Shown: positions 36,936-47,282, counted from the first letter of the stretch. The stretch is DNA of 64,000 bases from Deltaproteobacteria bacterium (GCA_021794015.1 JAJYRQ010000007.1:9755-73754), one strand, 5' to 3'. The notes: a model not told the origin generated them from the sequence alone. Numbers and translations: made by a program.

Positions 36936-38300
36936 ATGGCCGGAAGCATTGGTCCAATAAGCCTCCCCAACTACGCGGGCGTCGACTTTAACCAGATTCT
37001 GCAGTCGATCGAGGCCGCCGGGCAGGTCCCCATCGACCAGCTCCAGCAGGAAGTGAGCACGGAGAACTCGGCGGTCACGGCTTTGGGGCAGATAGGCAGC
37101 GATCTGAGCACGCTGGAGAGCGCGCTCACCCAATTCCAGACCATGGGCGCGCAGACGCCGATGGCTGCGACGGTCTCCAGCGGAGCGCCGCTTACGGCCA
37201 CGGTTGACTCCACCGGCGGCGCTCAGGCCGGCAGCTATTCCGTCTCGGTAAGCCAGCTTGCGCAGGCGCAGGTAAGCGTCTCGCAGGGGTATTCCAGCGC
37301 CTCGGATGCCGTCGGAACGGGCACGGTCACGCTTACCGTGGGAAGCACCAACTACACGGTGACGCTCACCAGCTCGAACGACACGCTGCAGGGGCTGGCC
37401 GATGCGGTCAACAGTTCCGGAGCGCCGGTTACCGCCCAGGTGCTGGACACCGGCAGCGGATCGACTCCCTACGTTCTGGAGCTGAGTGCCGCGGCAACTG
37501 GGACCAACGATGCCTTCAGCGTAAGCTCAAGCCTAAGCGGCGGCACGGCGCCCGCTTTCACCACGACCGTGGCGGCGCAGAATGCAGCGCTAACGGTTAA
37601 CGGCGTCGCTTTCGCCTCGCAGAGCAACACTGTCACCGACGCGATCGCCGGGGTAACCCTGGGCCTGAGCGGCGCCGGCGGGCCTTACACCGTTACGGTG
37701 GCGCAGGACACGGCAAGCGAGAGCCAGGCGATCTCGGCGTTTGTTTCCGCCTACAACAAGCTTCTCACGGACGTGGCTTCGAACACGCAAACGCAGCCGG
37801 GGCAGACGCCGCCGCCCTTGGCCAGCAACGGCGCAGTCGAGTCGATCGGTCTGGGGCTTCAGATCGGCCTTGACGGCATCAACCTGTCCGATCTCGGCAT
37901 CACCGTCGACAACAATGCCACCACCAACAACAACGGCCAGTTGGTCTTCGACCAGACATCGTTCTTGAACGCGGTCTCGACCGACCCAAGCGGGGTTCAG
38001 CAGGCCTTTTCCCAGGTTTATAACGCGCTTTATCCGATGGTCAGCTCGGCGCAAACGCCGACTACCGGCCTGATCCCTTCGGAAACCACCTCGTTTAACA
38101 ACCTGATCAATCAGCAAGACCAGCAGATTGGCACGCTGACCTCTCAGCTCCAACAGCAGGAGCAGATGTTCATCAGCGAGTCAGGCCAGGTGCAGGCGGA
38201 AATGGCCTACTACGCCAATATCGCCCAGCTCTTCCTGACCAGCAGCACCACCGGCTCCGGCAGCGGTCTCTCCAGCGGCACGCTGGCGTCGGTGGCATAG
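36936..38300 (+). CDS. fliD: flagellar filament cap protein FliD
   Basis: 'LPNYAGVDFNQILQSIEAAGQVPIDQLQQEVSTENSAVTALG' and a C-terminal coiled coil 'QQIGTLTSQLQQQEQMFISESGQVQAEMAYYANIAQLF'. Confidence 0.85.
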   Translation: MAGSIGPISLPNYAGVDFNQILQSIEAAGQVPIDQLQQEVSTENSAVTALGQIGSDLSTLESALTQFQTMGAQTPMAATVSSGAPLTATVDSTGGAQAGSYSVSVSQLAQAQVSVSQGYSSASDAVGTGTVTLTVGSTNYTVTLTSSNDTLQGLADAVNSSGAPVTAQVLDTGSGSTPYVLELSAAATGTNDAFSVSSSLSGGTAPAFTTTVAAQNAALTVNGVAFASQSNTVTDAIAGVTLGLSGAGGPYTVTVAQDTASESQAISAFVSAYNKLLTDVASNTQTQPGQTPPPLASNGAVESIGLGLQIGLDGINLSDLGITVDNNATTNNNGQLVFDQTSFLNAVSTDPSGVQQAFSQVYNALYPMVSSAQTPTTGLIPSETTSFNNLINQQDQQIGTLTSQLQQQEQMFISESGQVQAEMAYYANIAQLFLTSSTTGSGSGLSSGTLASVA

Positions 38301-38306
38301 GGTCGT

Positions 38307-40523
38307 ATGAAAGGACCAGGCGCGGCGCTGAACGGAGCAGCACCATTGCCCCCGACGGCGGGGAGCGCCGCCGCAGCGCGCCAGCCGGCCTTAAGCTCGG
38401 TAAGCGACGAGGCAGGGCGCTATCGGGCGCGTGGCGACCGTCTTGCCCTTAAAGGACAACTTGAACTTGCGGCCCAGGCTTACGCGCGCGTGCTGGAGAT
38501 AAATCCCGACGACGCTGTTGCTCATTCCAACCTGGGCGCGGTGCTCATCAGATTGGGCGCCCTGGCGGAAGCCGGCCTGCACCTAAGCCGCGCGGTCGAG
38601 TTGGCGCCCGATCTGGCCGACGCATATTCCAACCAAGCCTGCCTGCTGGTGCGGCTGGGGCGCTTTAGCGAGGCCGGCCAGAGCGCCCGGCGCTGCCTTG
38701 AGCTAAAGCCGTCGCACGTCGAGGGATGGATCAACTTGGGAGGGGCTTTCGCCGGCGCGGGCTTTAGTGGGCAAGCCAAGCGATGTTTGTTGCAGGCGGC
38801 CAAGCTTGCGCCCAACCGCGCCCGTGTCTGGCTGGACCTGGCGGACCTGCTGTGGCAAAACCGCGAGTTCGAGTTGGCCTTGAAATCCTGTCAACGGGCG
38901 CTGGCGCTCGATCCGGCTGCGCCCCAGGCGCAGGCGCTTCTGGGTGCGGTGCAGAGCGTGCTGCACGGACCTGACGCCGGGATCGTGCACCTGGTCCGCG
39001 CGCTGGCGTTTGACCCTCGAAACCCGGCGACGCTCGACACCCTGGGCGCGCTGCTGGCGCAACAGGGCAAGCCGCAGGCGGCGCAGGGCGCCTACCTGAA
39101 GGCGCTCGAAGTGGGAGCAGGCGCCCGGGCCAGCGCGATCAAACTCAAGCTTGCCGCCTTGGCGCCGGTGATACCGGAATCGACCGCCGAGATTCTTGCC
39201 TGGAGAAAGCGGGCCGACACGAGGCTTGCAGCACTGGTTAAAGACGACAGCCTAAAGCTCACAGATCCCTACCGGGAGGTGAATCTGGTGAGCTTCTATC
39301 GGGCGTACCACGGACTTAACGAGGCAGGGTTAAACCGCCGCTTTGCAGAGGTCTACCTCAAGGCATGCCCCGAGTTGGGCTGGACGGCGCCGCACTGTCA
39401 GAACTGGAAACGGCCGAGGCATTTGCGCCTGGGAATGATTACGGCTTTCGAGCAGACGCACATCGTGGGCGAGCTGTATCGGGCCATTGCGCGGCTGTTC
39501 GATCGCCGGCGCTTCGAGGTCTTTGGCCTTTACTCGCCGCGTTTGGCGAAAGATCCCCGGTCCATTGCGCCTGAGCTGGACGGAGTTGTGAGCTATGCGC
39601 CGGCGCTGGCGCCGGCCCGCGCAGCGATTGCCGAGGCGAGGCTCGACGTTCTTTTCCACCTGGACGTCTTCATGGACCCGTTCAGCTATTTTCTTAGCTT
39701 TGCGCGGCTGGCGCCGATCCAGTGTACGACCTGGGGCCATCCGCTAAGCACTGGCGTGCCCAACATGGATTACTTCATTTCGGCTGAGGACTGGGAGGTG
39801 CCCGGCGCCGAGGCGCACTATACCGAGCGGCTGGTAAGGCTAAAGGCGCTGCCGATGTACTTCGAGCGGCCGCCGGTTCCGGAAAGGGCTTTCGAGCGCG
39901 AGCGCCTGGGGGTGGACAGGGAGGCCAGGCTTTACCTCAGCCTGCAGAGCCTGTTCAAGCTGCATCCTGATTTTGACGCCGCGTTGGCCGGAGTTCTAAG
40001 GCGCGACTCAAAGGGCGTGGTGCTGTTGCTAAGCGGCAATGCGGCACACTGGGATGCGCTCTTTAGGCGGCGTTTTGAGCAGGCTTTTCCCGACGTTGCC
40101 GCGCGGGTTTTCTTGCTGCCGAAGCTTACGCGGCGCGACTACCTGGCACTGCTCAAGGCGAGTGACGCGGTGCTCGACCCGTTTCACTGGTCGGGGGGCA
40201 ACACGACCCTCGAGGCGCTTGCCTGTGGCGTGCCGGTGCCGACGCTTGCGAGCGAGTACCTGCGCGGCAGGCTGACGCTGGGCTTTTACCGCAGGATGGG
40301 GATCGCCGAGCTGGTGGTCCAAAGCTGTGATGAGTTCGTCGATCTCAACGTTCGGATTGCCAACGACCGGCCGTTTAGGCAAGTCCTGCAGGCCGCGGTC
40401 GAGGAGCGTCTAGCGCGGCTCTGGCAGGACCAGGGCGGAATCGAGGCGCTGGAGGAATTTTTCCTTGAAACAGCCGAGAAACAAGAATCTCAGTCGCGAA
40501 GCGATGCAACCGATATCGCCTAA
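38307..40523 (+). CDS. TPR-repeat + GT41-like glycosyltransferase (FlmG-like candidate flagellin glycosyltransferase)
   Basis: The N-terminal 330 aa contain repeated TPR units ('AHSNLGAVLIRLGALAEA', 'AYSNQACLLVRLGRFSEA' and others). The C-terminus resembles an O-GlcNAc-transferase fold: 'TTWGHPLSTGVPNMDYFIS...DPFHWSGGNTTLEALACGVPVPTL'. Confidence 0.65.
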   Translation: MKGPGAALNGAAPLPPTAGSAAAARQPALSSVSDEAGRYRARGDRLALKGQLELAAQAYARVLEINPDDAVAHSNLGAVLIRLGALAEAGLHLSRAVELAPDLADAYSNQACLLVRLGRFSEAGQSARRCLELKPSHVEGWINLGGAFAGAGFSGQAKRCLLQAAKLAPNRARVWLDLADLLWQNREFELALKSCQRALALDPAAPQAQALLGAVQSVLHGPDAGIVHLVRALAFDPRNPATLDTLGALLAQQGKPQAAQGAYLKALEVGAGARASAIKLKLAALAPVIPESTAEILAWRKRADTRLAALVKDDSLKLTDPYREVNLVSFYRAYHGLNEAGLNRRFAEVYLKACPELGWTAPHCQNWKRPRHLRLGMITAFEQTHIVGELYRAIARLFDRRRFEVFGLYSPRLAKDPRSIAPELDGVVSYAPALAPARAAIAEARLDVLFHLDVFMDPFSYFLSFARLAPIQCTTWGHPLSTGVPNMDYFISAEDWEVPGAEAHYTERLVRLKALPMYFERPPVPERAFERERLGVDREARLYLSLQSLFKLHPDFDAALAGVLRRDSKGVVLLLSGNAAHWDALFRRRFEQAFPDVAARVFLLPKLTRRDYLALLKASDAVLDPFHWSGGNTTLEALACGVPVPTLASEYLRGRLTLGFYRRMGIAELVVQSCDEFVDLNVRIANDRPFRQVLQAAVEERLARLWQDQGGIEALEEFFLETAEKQESQSRSDATDIA

Positions 40524-41316
40524 ATGGGCCGCCCAGGCCAGTCGCCGCCTGCATGCCTACCTGGACGCGCTTGCAGCTTCACCCAAGCTGGTGGCCGACG
40601 ACGGCCGGCTCTACGACGTCTATCCTGTGGGCCTTACCCCGGAGCGGGCCGGACTTCTGGTCGAGGTGTGCCGCAGCGCGCGGCCGCGGGCCACCCTGGA
40701 AGTGGGCATGGCCTTGGGCGTCTCGACCCTGACTATTCTGGAAGCGCTTCTCGAAGGCGGCCCCATGGCCAGCCGCCACGTGGTAATCGACCCGTTTCAG
40801 CAAAGCCAGTGGCGCAACGCAGCGCGGCGCTCGCTTAGGCTGCTTGGAGTCGAGGAGCTGGTCGAGTTTTACGAAGAGTCGTCGCTGGCCGTGCTGCCCC
40901 GGATGGTTGGCGAAGGCCGGCGTTTCGATCTGATATTTGTCGACGGCAACCATCGCTTCGACTACGCCTTTGTCGATTTCCGCTTTGCCCACGAGCTTCT
41001 GACAGCCGGGGGAGTCGTCGTGCTGGACGATACCTGGCTTGACGCGCTGCATCTTACGGTTCGTTACGCCGAGACCAACCTGGGCTACACGATTTGCGCG
41101 GCCGCCGGGCGAACTATGGGCCGGCCGGCGATTTTGGCGTTGCGCAAGCCGGCGGAAGAACCGCGCCGAGGCTGTTCGCACTTTGAATCGTGCGGCTGCC
41201 AGGATTTTGTCCCGTTCTTCGACGGGCCGGACGCGGTCGTGCCGGTGCCGTCAGAGGAAGCCGATCTCGGGCGGCGCGCGGATGGCATGGCAGGTGTAGA
41301 GTGCGCCGAAGCGTGA
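40504..41316 (+). CDS. class I SAM-dependent methyltransferase
   Basis: 'LEVGMALGVSTLTILEAL' (motif I GxGxG-like), 'DLIFVDGNH' and 'GGVVVLDD'. The ORF-track start at 40465 overlaps the glycosyltransferase. Confidence 0.55.
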   Translation: MQPISPKWAAQASRRLHAYLDALAASPKLVADDGRLYDVYPVGLTPERAGLLVEVCRSARPRATLEVGMALGVSTLTILEALLEGGPMASRHVVIDPFQQSQWRNAARRSLRLLGVEELVEFYEESSLAVLPRMVGEGRRFDLIFVDGNHRFDYAFVDFRFAHELLTAGGVVVLDDTWLDALHLTVRYAETNLGYTICAAAGRTMGRPAILALRKPAEEPRRGCSHFESCGCQDFVPFFDGPDAVVPVPSEEADLGRRADGMAGVECAEA

Positions 41317-41517
41317 AAAAGCGGTGTCAGTGCCGCTGCTGACTGCGACCGCGTCGGCGGGCAATCTCGGTTGCTCGGCGGTGCTGAAAAGGGGGGAGCG
41401 GTCCGGCCGGTAGCGGCCAAGGGTGGGGCGCCCCGCAAGGGCGTCTCACCCGGAAAATTCCGAGCGCTGGACGAAGCAAGCCGGCGAGCCGGCACGCGAA
41501 CCGAAAAGAGGAGTAAA

Positions 41518-41907
41518 ATGGCAGCGTCTCTGACTTATTCACGCATGCAGGCGATTACCACCGAGGGCGAGCGCGCCTTCGCTCAGCTTTACGTGCGCCT
41601 TGCCCGCTGGTGCGGCGAGTTGCTCGACCTTTGCCGCGCTCAGGAACTGCAGCGCTATGACGCCTTGATCGAACGCTCGATCTACGTCATCGGCATAATG
41701 GACGGCCTCATCGACGTGTCGCGCCACTACCAACTGGCATGCCGGATACTTAGCCTCCATCGTTTCGCGGTGCGCAGCCTTGTCAAGGCCAAGCTCAATC
41801 CCGGCGACGGCGAGCTGGCCGACTTGGCCAAGGTTTTCGCTACGCTCGGCGAGACTTTTGAGCTGATGGCTCGCCGGGGCGCAGGGCGCGAAGACGCCGC
41901 CGGCTAG
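41518..41907 (+). CDS. FliS-like flagellin export chaperone (tentative)
   Basis: ATG at 41518 follows GAGGAG. The 129-aa all-helical protein carries 'SIYVIGIMDGLIDVSRHYQLACRILSLHRFAVRSL', which resembles the FliS helical bundle. Its position directly follows the flagellin, cap and glycosylation genes. Confidence 0.35.
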   Translation: MAASLTYSRMQAITTEGERAFAQLYVRLARWCGELLDLCRAQELQRYDALIERSIYVIGIMDGLIDVSRHYQLACRILSLHRFAVRSLVKAKLNPGDGELADLAKVFATLGETFELMARRGAGREDAAG

Positions 41908-42123
41908 CGGGCTGCCTCACACCTGCGCCCACTAAGCGCGCGCTGTCGTTGCCGGTGCCGGCCGGCCGCGGCGCGGCAGCCAGGCGACCCGCCGCGCCGT
42001 AACGCCTTCCGCCCTGCTCCCGGCAGGGAGAGGGCGGTGCGAGGCATCGAGTGAGGAACCTTTTTATGGTACCGGACGCTGCCGGACCCAGCCGCTCGGG
42101 GCGTCACAGCCGCGCCTTGGCCG

Positions 42124-42525
42124 TCAGGCGGCTTGGACCTCGATCCGGTGCGTCCTGGCCTGCTCGACCTTGGGCAGATAGAGTTCGACTACGCCGCTGC
42201 GCAGAACGGCGCGGATTTTCGAGCGATCAATCATCTCATCCAAGATAAATTGCCGGTAGTAGCCGTCGACGGCGTACTCGGTATAAAGCGGCGTCAGCTT
42301 CTTATCCTGTTCGAGCGAGGACATTGCGCTCAGAGTCAGCAGATCGCCATCGACGGTCGCCTCGAGGCTGCCGTCGGCAACGCCGGGCACGTTGGCGTAT
42401 AGCACCAGGTGATCGTCGTACTCGACTATATCGACATCCGGCGACAGGCGGTGTTGCGGCCGGCTGTTCGGCGCATCTTTAAGTTGGTTCGCGGCCGGGG
42501 CCGCGAGTTTTTGTCCGGCGAACAT
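42124..42525 (-). CDS. Hsp20/alpha-crystallin small heat-shock protein
   Basis: ATG at 42525 follows AGGGAGG. The product carries 'DVDIVEYDDHLVLYANVPGVADGSLEATVDGDLLTLSA...AVLRSGVVELYLPK'. Confidence 0.75.
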   Translation of the reverse strand: MFAGQKLAAPAANQLKDAPNSRPQHRLSPDVDIVEYDDHLVLYANVPGVADGSLEATVDGDLLTLSAMSSLEQDKKLTPLYTEYAVDGYYRQFILDEMIDRSKIRAVLRSGVVELYLPKVEQARTHRIEVQAA

Positions 42526-42556
42526 GATTGGGACCTCCCTAAGCTGGCGTCGTTGG

Positions 42557-43063
42557 TCAGGCATTCTGAACGGCGATCCGCTGCGGCCGCGCGGGTTGCG
42601 CCTTCGGCACCTCGACGGTGAGCAGTCCGGCTTCGTACCTGGCGCTTGCCTTATCGGCCTCGAGTTCCTGCGGCAGCAAAAAGGAGCGGGAGAAGCTTCC
42701 GCTCGGACATTCACGACGCAGGAAGCCGAGCGGTTGCCGGGCGCCGTTGGGCGAGCTGCGCTCGCCGCTTACGGTAAGCGTGCGGCCTTCAATTGATACG
42801 CTAAAATCGCCCGGCTTGAGCCCGGGTGCTTCGAAGGTCAGCACGGCGGCATCGCCGCGGTCAAATATATTGACCGGAGGATAGGCGTTGGCAGCCGGCA
42901 CTCCCAAGCTCAGGGCCGGATTCTGCCAAAAGCCTTGAAGGGCGTTTTCCAGGGAACGCAGGTCCATCCATGGGCTAAGTTCTAATCTTGCTGCCAGGGC
43001 GGGCATGTTGGTAATACCTCCTGCAAAGCCGAGACCGAGTCGGCCTGCTTGAAACCTAAGCAT
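42557..43063 (-). CDS. Hsp20/alpha-crystallin small heat-shock protein (second copy)
   Basis: 'PVNIFDRGDAAVLTFEAPGLKPGDFSVSIEGRTLTVSGER...ARYEAGLLTVEVPK'. Confidence 0.7.
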   Translation of the reverse strand: MLRFQAGRLGLGFAGGITNMPALAARLELSPWMDLRSLENALQGFWQNPALSLGVPAANAYPPVNIFDRGDAAVLTFEAPGLKPGDFSVSIEGRTLTVSGERSSPNGARQPLGFLRRECPSGSFSRSFLLPQELEADKASARYEAGLLTVEVPKAQPARPQRIAVQNA

Positions 43064-43502
43064 TGTATTTCCGGCGTCAAGGCCGCGGTATCGTGACCGG
43101 CAAGGGCGAGGGCGGGCGCTCGTGTGGCCGACAGAGATGGATTGAGCCCGGATGTACGTGTCCCAGTCGACTAGTAATTTGGCAAGATGTCCGGCAGGCC
43201 CGATGGGTGCGGGGAGAGGCGACCGGCGACCCGCCACGAGAGCTTTTCCGGCGCGCGGCCGCAGGAAGTAGAGCCGGCCCCACTGGCGGCCGCCCAGAGT
43301 CGGCCGCGGCCGTCAGACATGCGGCAAGTTGACAGCGGGACCGCCCGTGGCCTGCAACCCTTGCGGGAAGAAGTCAAAATCGGCATTGTGGGCTAAAGCG
43401 GGTATTCGAGTCTCCGTGCCGCCACGACTTCCAAACGGCGTTGGCGCACCCAGGTGGCTTCCGGTTCCCAATCTTTATAGGGCGAAAACACAATAGCGAA
43501 AG

Positions 43503-44102
43503 GTGCAGTTGGCGGAGGCGGGGTTGGGGCCGAGACGGCCAGGATTTTGGTGGTTCGACCCCGGGATTACCATTGGCTTCGCGACGCTGATTGCGGCCTG
43601 CGGTAACGATTATTCAGCTTCGCTTTCGGGAACCGTGAGGAGCGGGCCCAATCCCATTTCGGCGGCGGCGGTGACGCTTTACCAGGCCGGGAACGCGGGC
43701 GCCCGAACTGGCGCGACCGCCCTGGACCGGGCGACCACCGATTGCGCCGGCAATTTCACGATGGCTTTTGTTCCTCCTACGGGGCGGGCGACGCTTTACC
43801 TGGTGGCGCTCGGCGGAGATGCCGGCTTGGGAAATAACCCGGCGATCGGTTTGATTGGCGTTGCGGGCCTGTCAAACGCGCTGCCCGCGTCGGTGACGCT
43901 CAACGAGTTGACCACGGTGGCTGCGCAATGGGCGTTGGCGCAATTTACCGACTCGACCGGCCAACAGATGGGGACTACCTCCACTAACGCGCCCGGCATC
44001 CAGAACGCGGTCGAGCTGGTTGAAGCCAACCTGGTCGATAGTGCAGGCAACCCGGCCGGGTTCTGGCCTGCGCCGGCGCTCGGGCCGCCGCAAAAACCGT
44101 GA
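43503..44102 (+). CDS. hypothetical lipoprotein
   Basis: Lipobox 'TLIAACGN' followed by a Gly/Ala/Thr-rich secreted-type sequence with no recognisable domain. Confidence 0.3.
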   Translation: MQLAEAGLGPRRPGFWWFDPGITIGFATLIAACGNDYSASLSGTVRSGPNPISAAAVTLYQAGNAGARTGATALDRATTDCAGNFTMAFVPPTGRATLYLVALGGDAGLGNNPAIGLIGVAGLSNALPASVTLNELTTVAAQWALAQFTDSTGQQMGTTSTNAPGIQNAVELVEANLVDSAGNPAGFWPAPALGPPQKP

Positions 44103-44402
44103 CCAATTCGGCGACTTCTCAGAGCGGCATCCTCGCCCGCCGCCGCAGAGCCATCCGGCCGGGCATGCCGGCGGGCGCTGGGCCGTTCGGTCTGTCTCTG
44201 GAGACCGGCGAAGCGGCGCCTGGCGACCCGAGCATCGTTTCGCCGGTAGGCGAGCAAGAGCGTTCAGGATTCATGCGGAGAGTACGCCGCCGAAGGGAAA
44301 GGTGGTTAAAATGTCTTGTGTAGCCCTCGGTTGCGAACGGTTAAAGGCGCTGTGCTGGAACAGGCTGGGGGTGCCGGTAGGATTAGCCGCGCAAGGATGC
44401 CA

Positions 44403-45695
44403 ATGGTAGAGCGCAGGAAGGTCGTCATTTTGGGCAGTAACGGTACGATGGGCGCCGGCGCGGCGGTGGTCTTTGCCGGCGCCGGATTCGAGGTCGTGAT
44501 GCTGGCGCGCGAGCCGGCCAAGGCGCGCGCCGGGATCGAGGCGGCCAAGCGCGTCGCCCGCTCGGAGGCGGTTGCCGAACGGATCGAGTACGGCAGCTAT
44601 CGCGAGCATCTGGCGCGGGCAGTGGCGCAGGCGGATATCGTGTTCGAGGCGCTGGCCGAGGAGTTGGAACTCAAGCGCGCTTTCTTCGCCGAGGTAGACC
44701 GCTGGCGCAAGCCCGAGGCGCTGGTGGCGAGCAATTCCTCGGGGCTTTCGATGGCCGAGATGGCCGCCGGGCACAGCCTTTCGTTTCGCCGTTGCTTTCT
44801 GGGCATTCATCTCTTCAACCCGCCGCACCTGGTGGTCGGCGCCGAGGTGGTGCCGAATCCCGAGTCCGACCCGGAGGTGGTTGAGCAAACCGCGGTCCTG
44901 CTGGCCCGGCGGCTGGGCCGCAAGGTGATCGTTGCGGGCGACCAGCCGGGCTTCGTAGGCAATCGTGTCGGCCTCAAGGTGCTCAACGAAGTGGCGCAGC
45001 TTGCCGTCGAACATGGGGTGGCGCTGATGGATTACCTGGTGGGGCCGCACACCGGACGCTCGATGCCGCCGCTTAAGACCATCGACCTTATCGGATGGGA
45101 CGTCCACAAGGCGATTGTTGCCAACATTTATGCGCGTTGCCCCGAGGACCCGGCGCGTGATTCATTTCGCCTGCCGCAGTTTATCGAACACGGCGTCGCG
45201 GCCGGGCGGCTCGGAGTCAAGACGCCGGCCGGCGGCGGGTTCTACCGCCAGGAGACGAACGGCACCCTGACCGTGCTCGATCCGGCAAGCGCAGAGTACC
45301 GGCCCTACCGGGCGCCTGCGCCCGTCGGGTTTGTTGAGGCGATGCGAAGACTCAACCGGATCGGCCGCTACCGTGAAGCGGTCGCGGTGATGGCCGACGC
45401 GCAGGGCGCCGAGGCGGAGCTTTTGCGCCGCCTGGTTCTGGGCTACCTAAGCTACGGGCTTGGGCTGTGCGGCGGGGTTGCACGCACCGCGGCCGACGTC
45501 GATACGATCATGGGTTACGGTTTCAACTGGGCGCCGCCGGGAGCGTTGGTCGATCTGCTGGGGGCGCGCCGCACGGTTGAGCTGCTTGAGCGCCACCGGC
45601 TTGCGGTGCCGGCGGTGGTCGAGCGCGCCGCGGCAAATGGAGAACGACTGTGCGGGGGCGGCCCGATGGAATACGGCCGCACTCTAGTGGGATAA
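44403..45695 (+). CDS. 3-hydroxyacyl-CoA dehydrogenase family protein
   Basis: Rossmann 'KVVILGSNGTMGAGAAVVFAGAGFEVVM', then 'GFVGNRV' and a C-terminal 3HCDH dimerisation domain. Confidence 0.8.
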   Translation: MVERRKVVILGSNGTMGAGAAVVFAGAGFEVVMLAREPAKARAGIEAAKRVARSEAVAERIEYGSYREHLARAVAQADIVFEALAEELELKRAFFAEVDRWRKPEALVASNSSGLSMAEMAAGHSLSFRRCFLGIHLFNPPHLVVGAEVVPNPESDPEVVEQTAVLLARRLGRKVIVAGDQPGFVGNRVGLKVLNEVAQLAVEHGVALMDYLVGPHTGRSMPPLKTIDLIGWDVHKAIVANIYARCPEDPARDSFRLPQFIEHGVAAGRLGVKTPAGGGFYRQETNGTLTVLDPASAEYRPYRAPAPVGFVEAMRRLNRIGRYREAVAVMADAQGAEAELLRRLVLGYLSYGLGLCGGVARTAADVDTIMGYGFNWAPPGALVDLLGARRTVELLERHRLAVPAVVERAAANGERLCGGGPMEYGRTLVG

Positions 45696-45710
45696 AAAGG
45701 AGCTACGATT

Positions 45711-46946
45711 ATGGCCAAGGCACCGGCGGTTTATATTCTGGGCGGCGCGCAAAGCGATTTCGCCCGCAACTGGACCAAGGAGGGCAAGCACTTCGTGGCG
45801 ATAATGCGCGAGGTGGTGCTGGCTGCGCTCGAGACCGCGAAGCTTGAGCCGCACGAAGTGGAGACGGCGCACGTCGGCAATTTCGCCGCCGAACTCTACG
45901 CCAAGCAGGGGCATGTCGGGGCGTTTTTCGTCGAGATCGATCCGGCTTTTCGCGGTCTGCCCACGGCGCGGCACGAGGCAGCCTGCGCCTCGGGCTCGAT
46001 CGCGGCGCTCGCCGCCTCGGCCGAAATCGAGGCCGGCCGCTACGATCTGGCCGCGGTGGTGGGCGTCGAGCAGATGAAAACCGTCGATTCGGTCACCGGC
46101 GGCGATTTTCTCGGCACTGCCGCCTGGTACGAGCGCGAATCCAAGGGTATTGAGTTTCCCTTTCCCAAGCTCTTCGGGCGGTTGGGCGATGAATACGACC
46201 GGCGCTACGGACTCAAGGACGAGTACCTGGCGCGCATTTCAGCCATCAACTACGCCAACGCGCGGCGCAACCCGCTGGCCCAGACGCGCAACTGGTTCAT
46301 GAGCGACAGCCACGCGCTCAAGAGCGACAAGTACAACGCCGTGGTGGCCGGTCGAATCAAGGTCAGCGACTGTTCGCAGATAACCGACGGCGCGGTGGCC
46401 CTCTTCCTTGCCTCGGAGCGCTGGGCCGCGCGGTACGCCCGCCGCCATGGGGTGGCGCTGGAGCGCATTCCCCGCATTTTAGGCTGGGGACACCACACGG
46501 CGCCGCTTGAATTTGACACCAAGGTTGCGGAAAGCCGGGAGAGTGCTTACGTTCTCCCACATACGAGGCAGGCGATCCTGGATGCTTTTCAGCGGGCAGG
46601 GGTGGCTTCGGTCGAACAGATCTCGGCAATCGAGACGCACGATTGCTTTACCACCTCCGAATATATGGCTATCGATCATTTCGGCATCACCGCGCCCGGC
46701 CAGTCATGGAAGGCGATCGAGGAGGGCTGGATCGAACCGGGTGGACGCATCCCGATAAACCCCAGCGGCGGCTTGATTGGCGCCGGGCATCCGGTGGGCG
46801 CCACCGGCGTTCGGCAGTTGCTTGACGCTTACCGGCAGGTCGCCGGGCAGGCGGGCGATTACCAGGTCGAGGGCGCCGGCCGGGTGGCGACGCTGAACAT
46901 CGGCGGCAGCGGAACGACCAGTTGCGCTTTCGTGGTAGGCTGCTGA
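45711..46946 (+). CDS. thiolase-family acyltransferase (SCP-x/propanoyl-CoA C-acyltransferase-like)
   Basis: 'AVYILGGAQSDFARN', active-site Cys context 'EAACASGSIAALAAS' and C-terminal 'NPSGGLIGAGHPVGATGVRQ'. Confidence 0.8.
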   Translation: MAKAPAVYILGGAQSDFARNWTKEGKHFVAIMREVVLAALETAKLEPHEVETAHVGNFAAELYAKQGHVGAFFVEIDPAFRGLPTARHEAACASGSIAALAASAEIEAGRYDLAAVVGVEQMKTVDSVTGGDFLGTAAWYERESKGIEFPFPKLFGRLGDEYDRRYGLKDEYLARISAINYANARRNPLAQTRNWFMSDSHALKSDKYNAVVAGRIKVSDCSQITDGAVALFLASERWAARYARRHGVALERIPRILGWGHHTAPLEFDTKVAESRESAYVLPHTRQAILDAFQRAGVASVEQISAIETHDCFTTSEYMAIDHFGITAPGQSWKAIEEGWIEPGGRIPINPSGGLIGAGHPVGATGVRQLLDAYRQVAGQAGDYQVEGAGRVATLNIGGSGTTSCAFVVGC

Positions 46947-47042
46947 GCCCGTGCCGGACGTCGAGCGCTCGGCCGAGGACGCTATCGGTATATCAACTTG
47001 AGCGGACAATGAGCCGTTCATGACACGAGGAGGACAAAGAGA

Positions 47043-47282
47043 ATGTCAATGACAGAACCCTTGAGCGGGTCCGAGTTTGTCGAAGGCACCAGGAAGTTTG
47101 CTTCCTGGTATATCGACACCGGCGAGAAGTTCGCCAACGCGGTCCTTGACTTGCAGAGCGCGACGACCAAGTGGGCAAAGGAAACGCCGCTCGGCCCGGT
47201 CTTCGAGGCGCAGAACGACTTTGCGCGCAAGCTGGTCAAGCAGGGATCCGAGACCGCGCGCAACCTCTGGCAGCGCGCGTAA
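47043..47282 (+). CDS. small phasin-like protein upstream of phaC (tentative)
   Basis: 79-aa helical, Lys/Glu-rich protein immediately upstream of the PHA synthase. Phasin identity is inferred from context only. Confidence 0.3.
   Translation: MSMTEPLSGSEFVEGTRKFASWYIDTGEKFANAVLDLQSATTKWAKETPLGPVFEAQNDFARKLVKQGSETARNLWQRA

Noticed and set aside
41518-41907. Calling this gene FlaF/FlbT (alphaproteobacterial flagellin regulators) instead of FliS-like
   Set aside because: I could not recall diagnostic motifs for either family well enough to choose. It is kept as a low-confidence FliS-like call, with this alternative noted.
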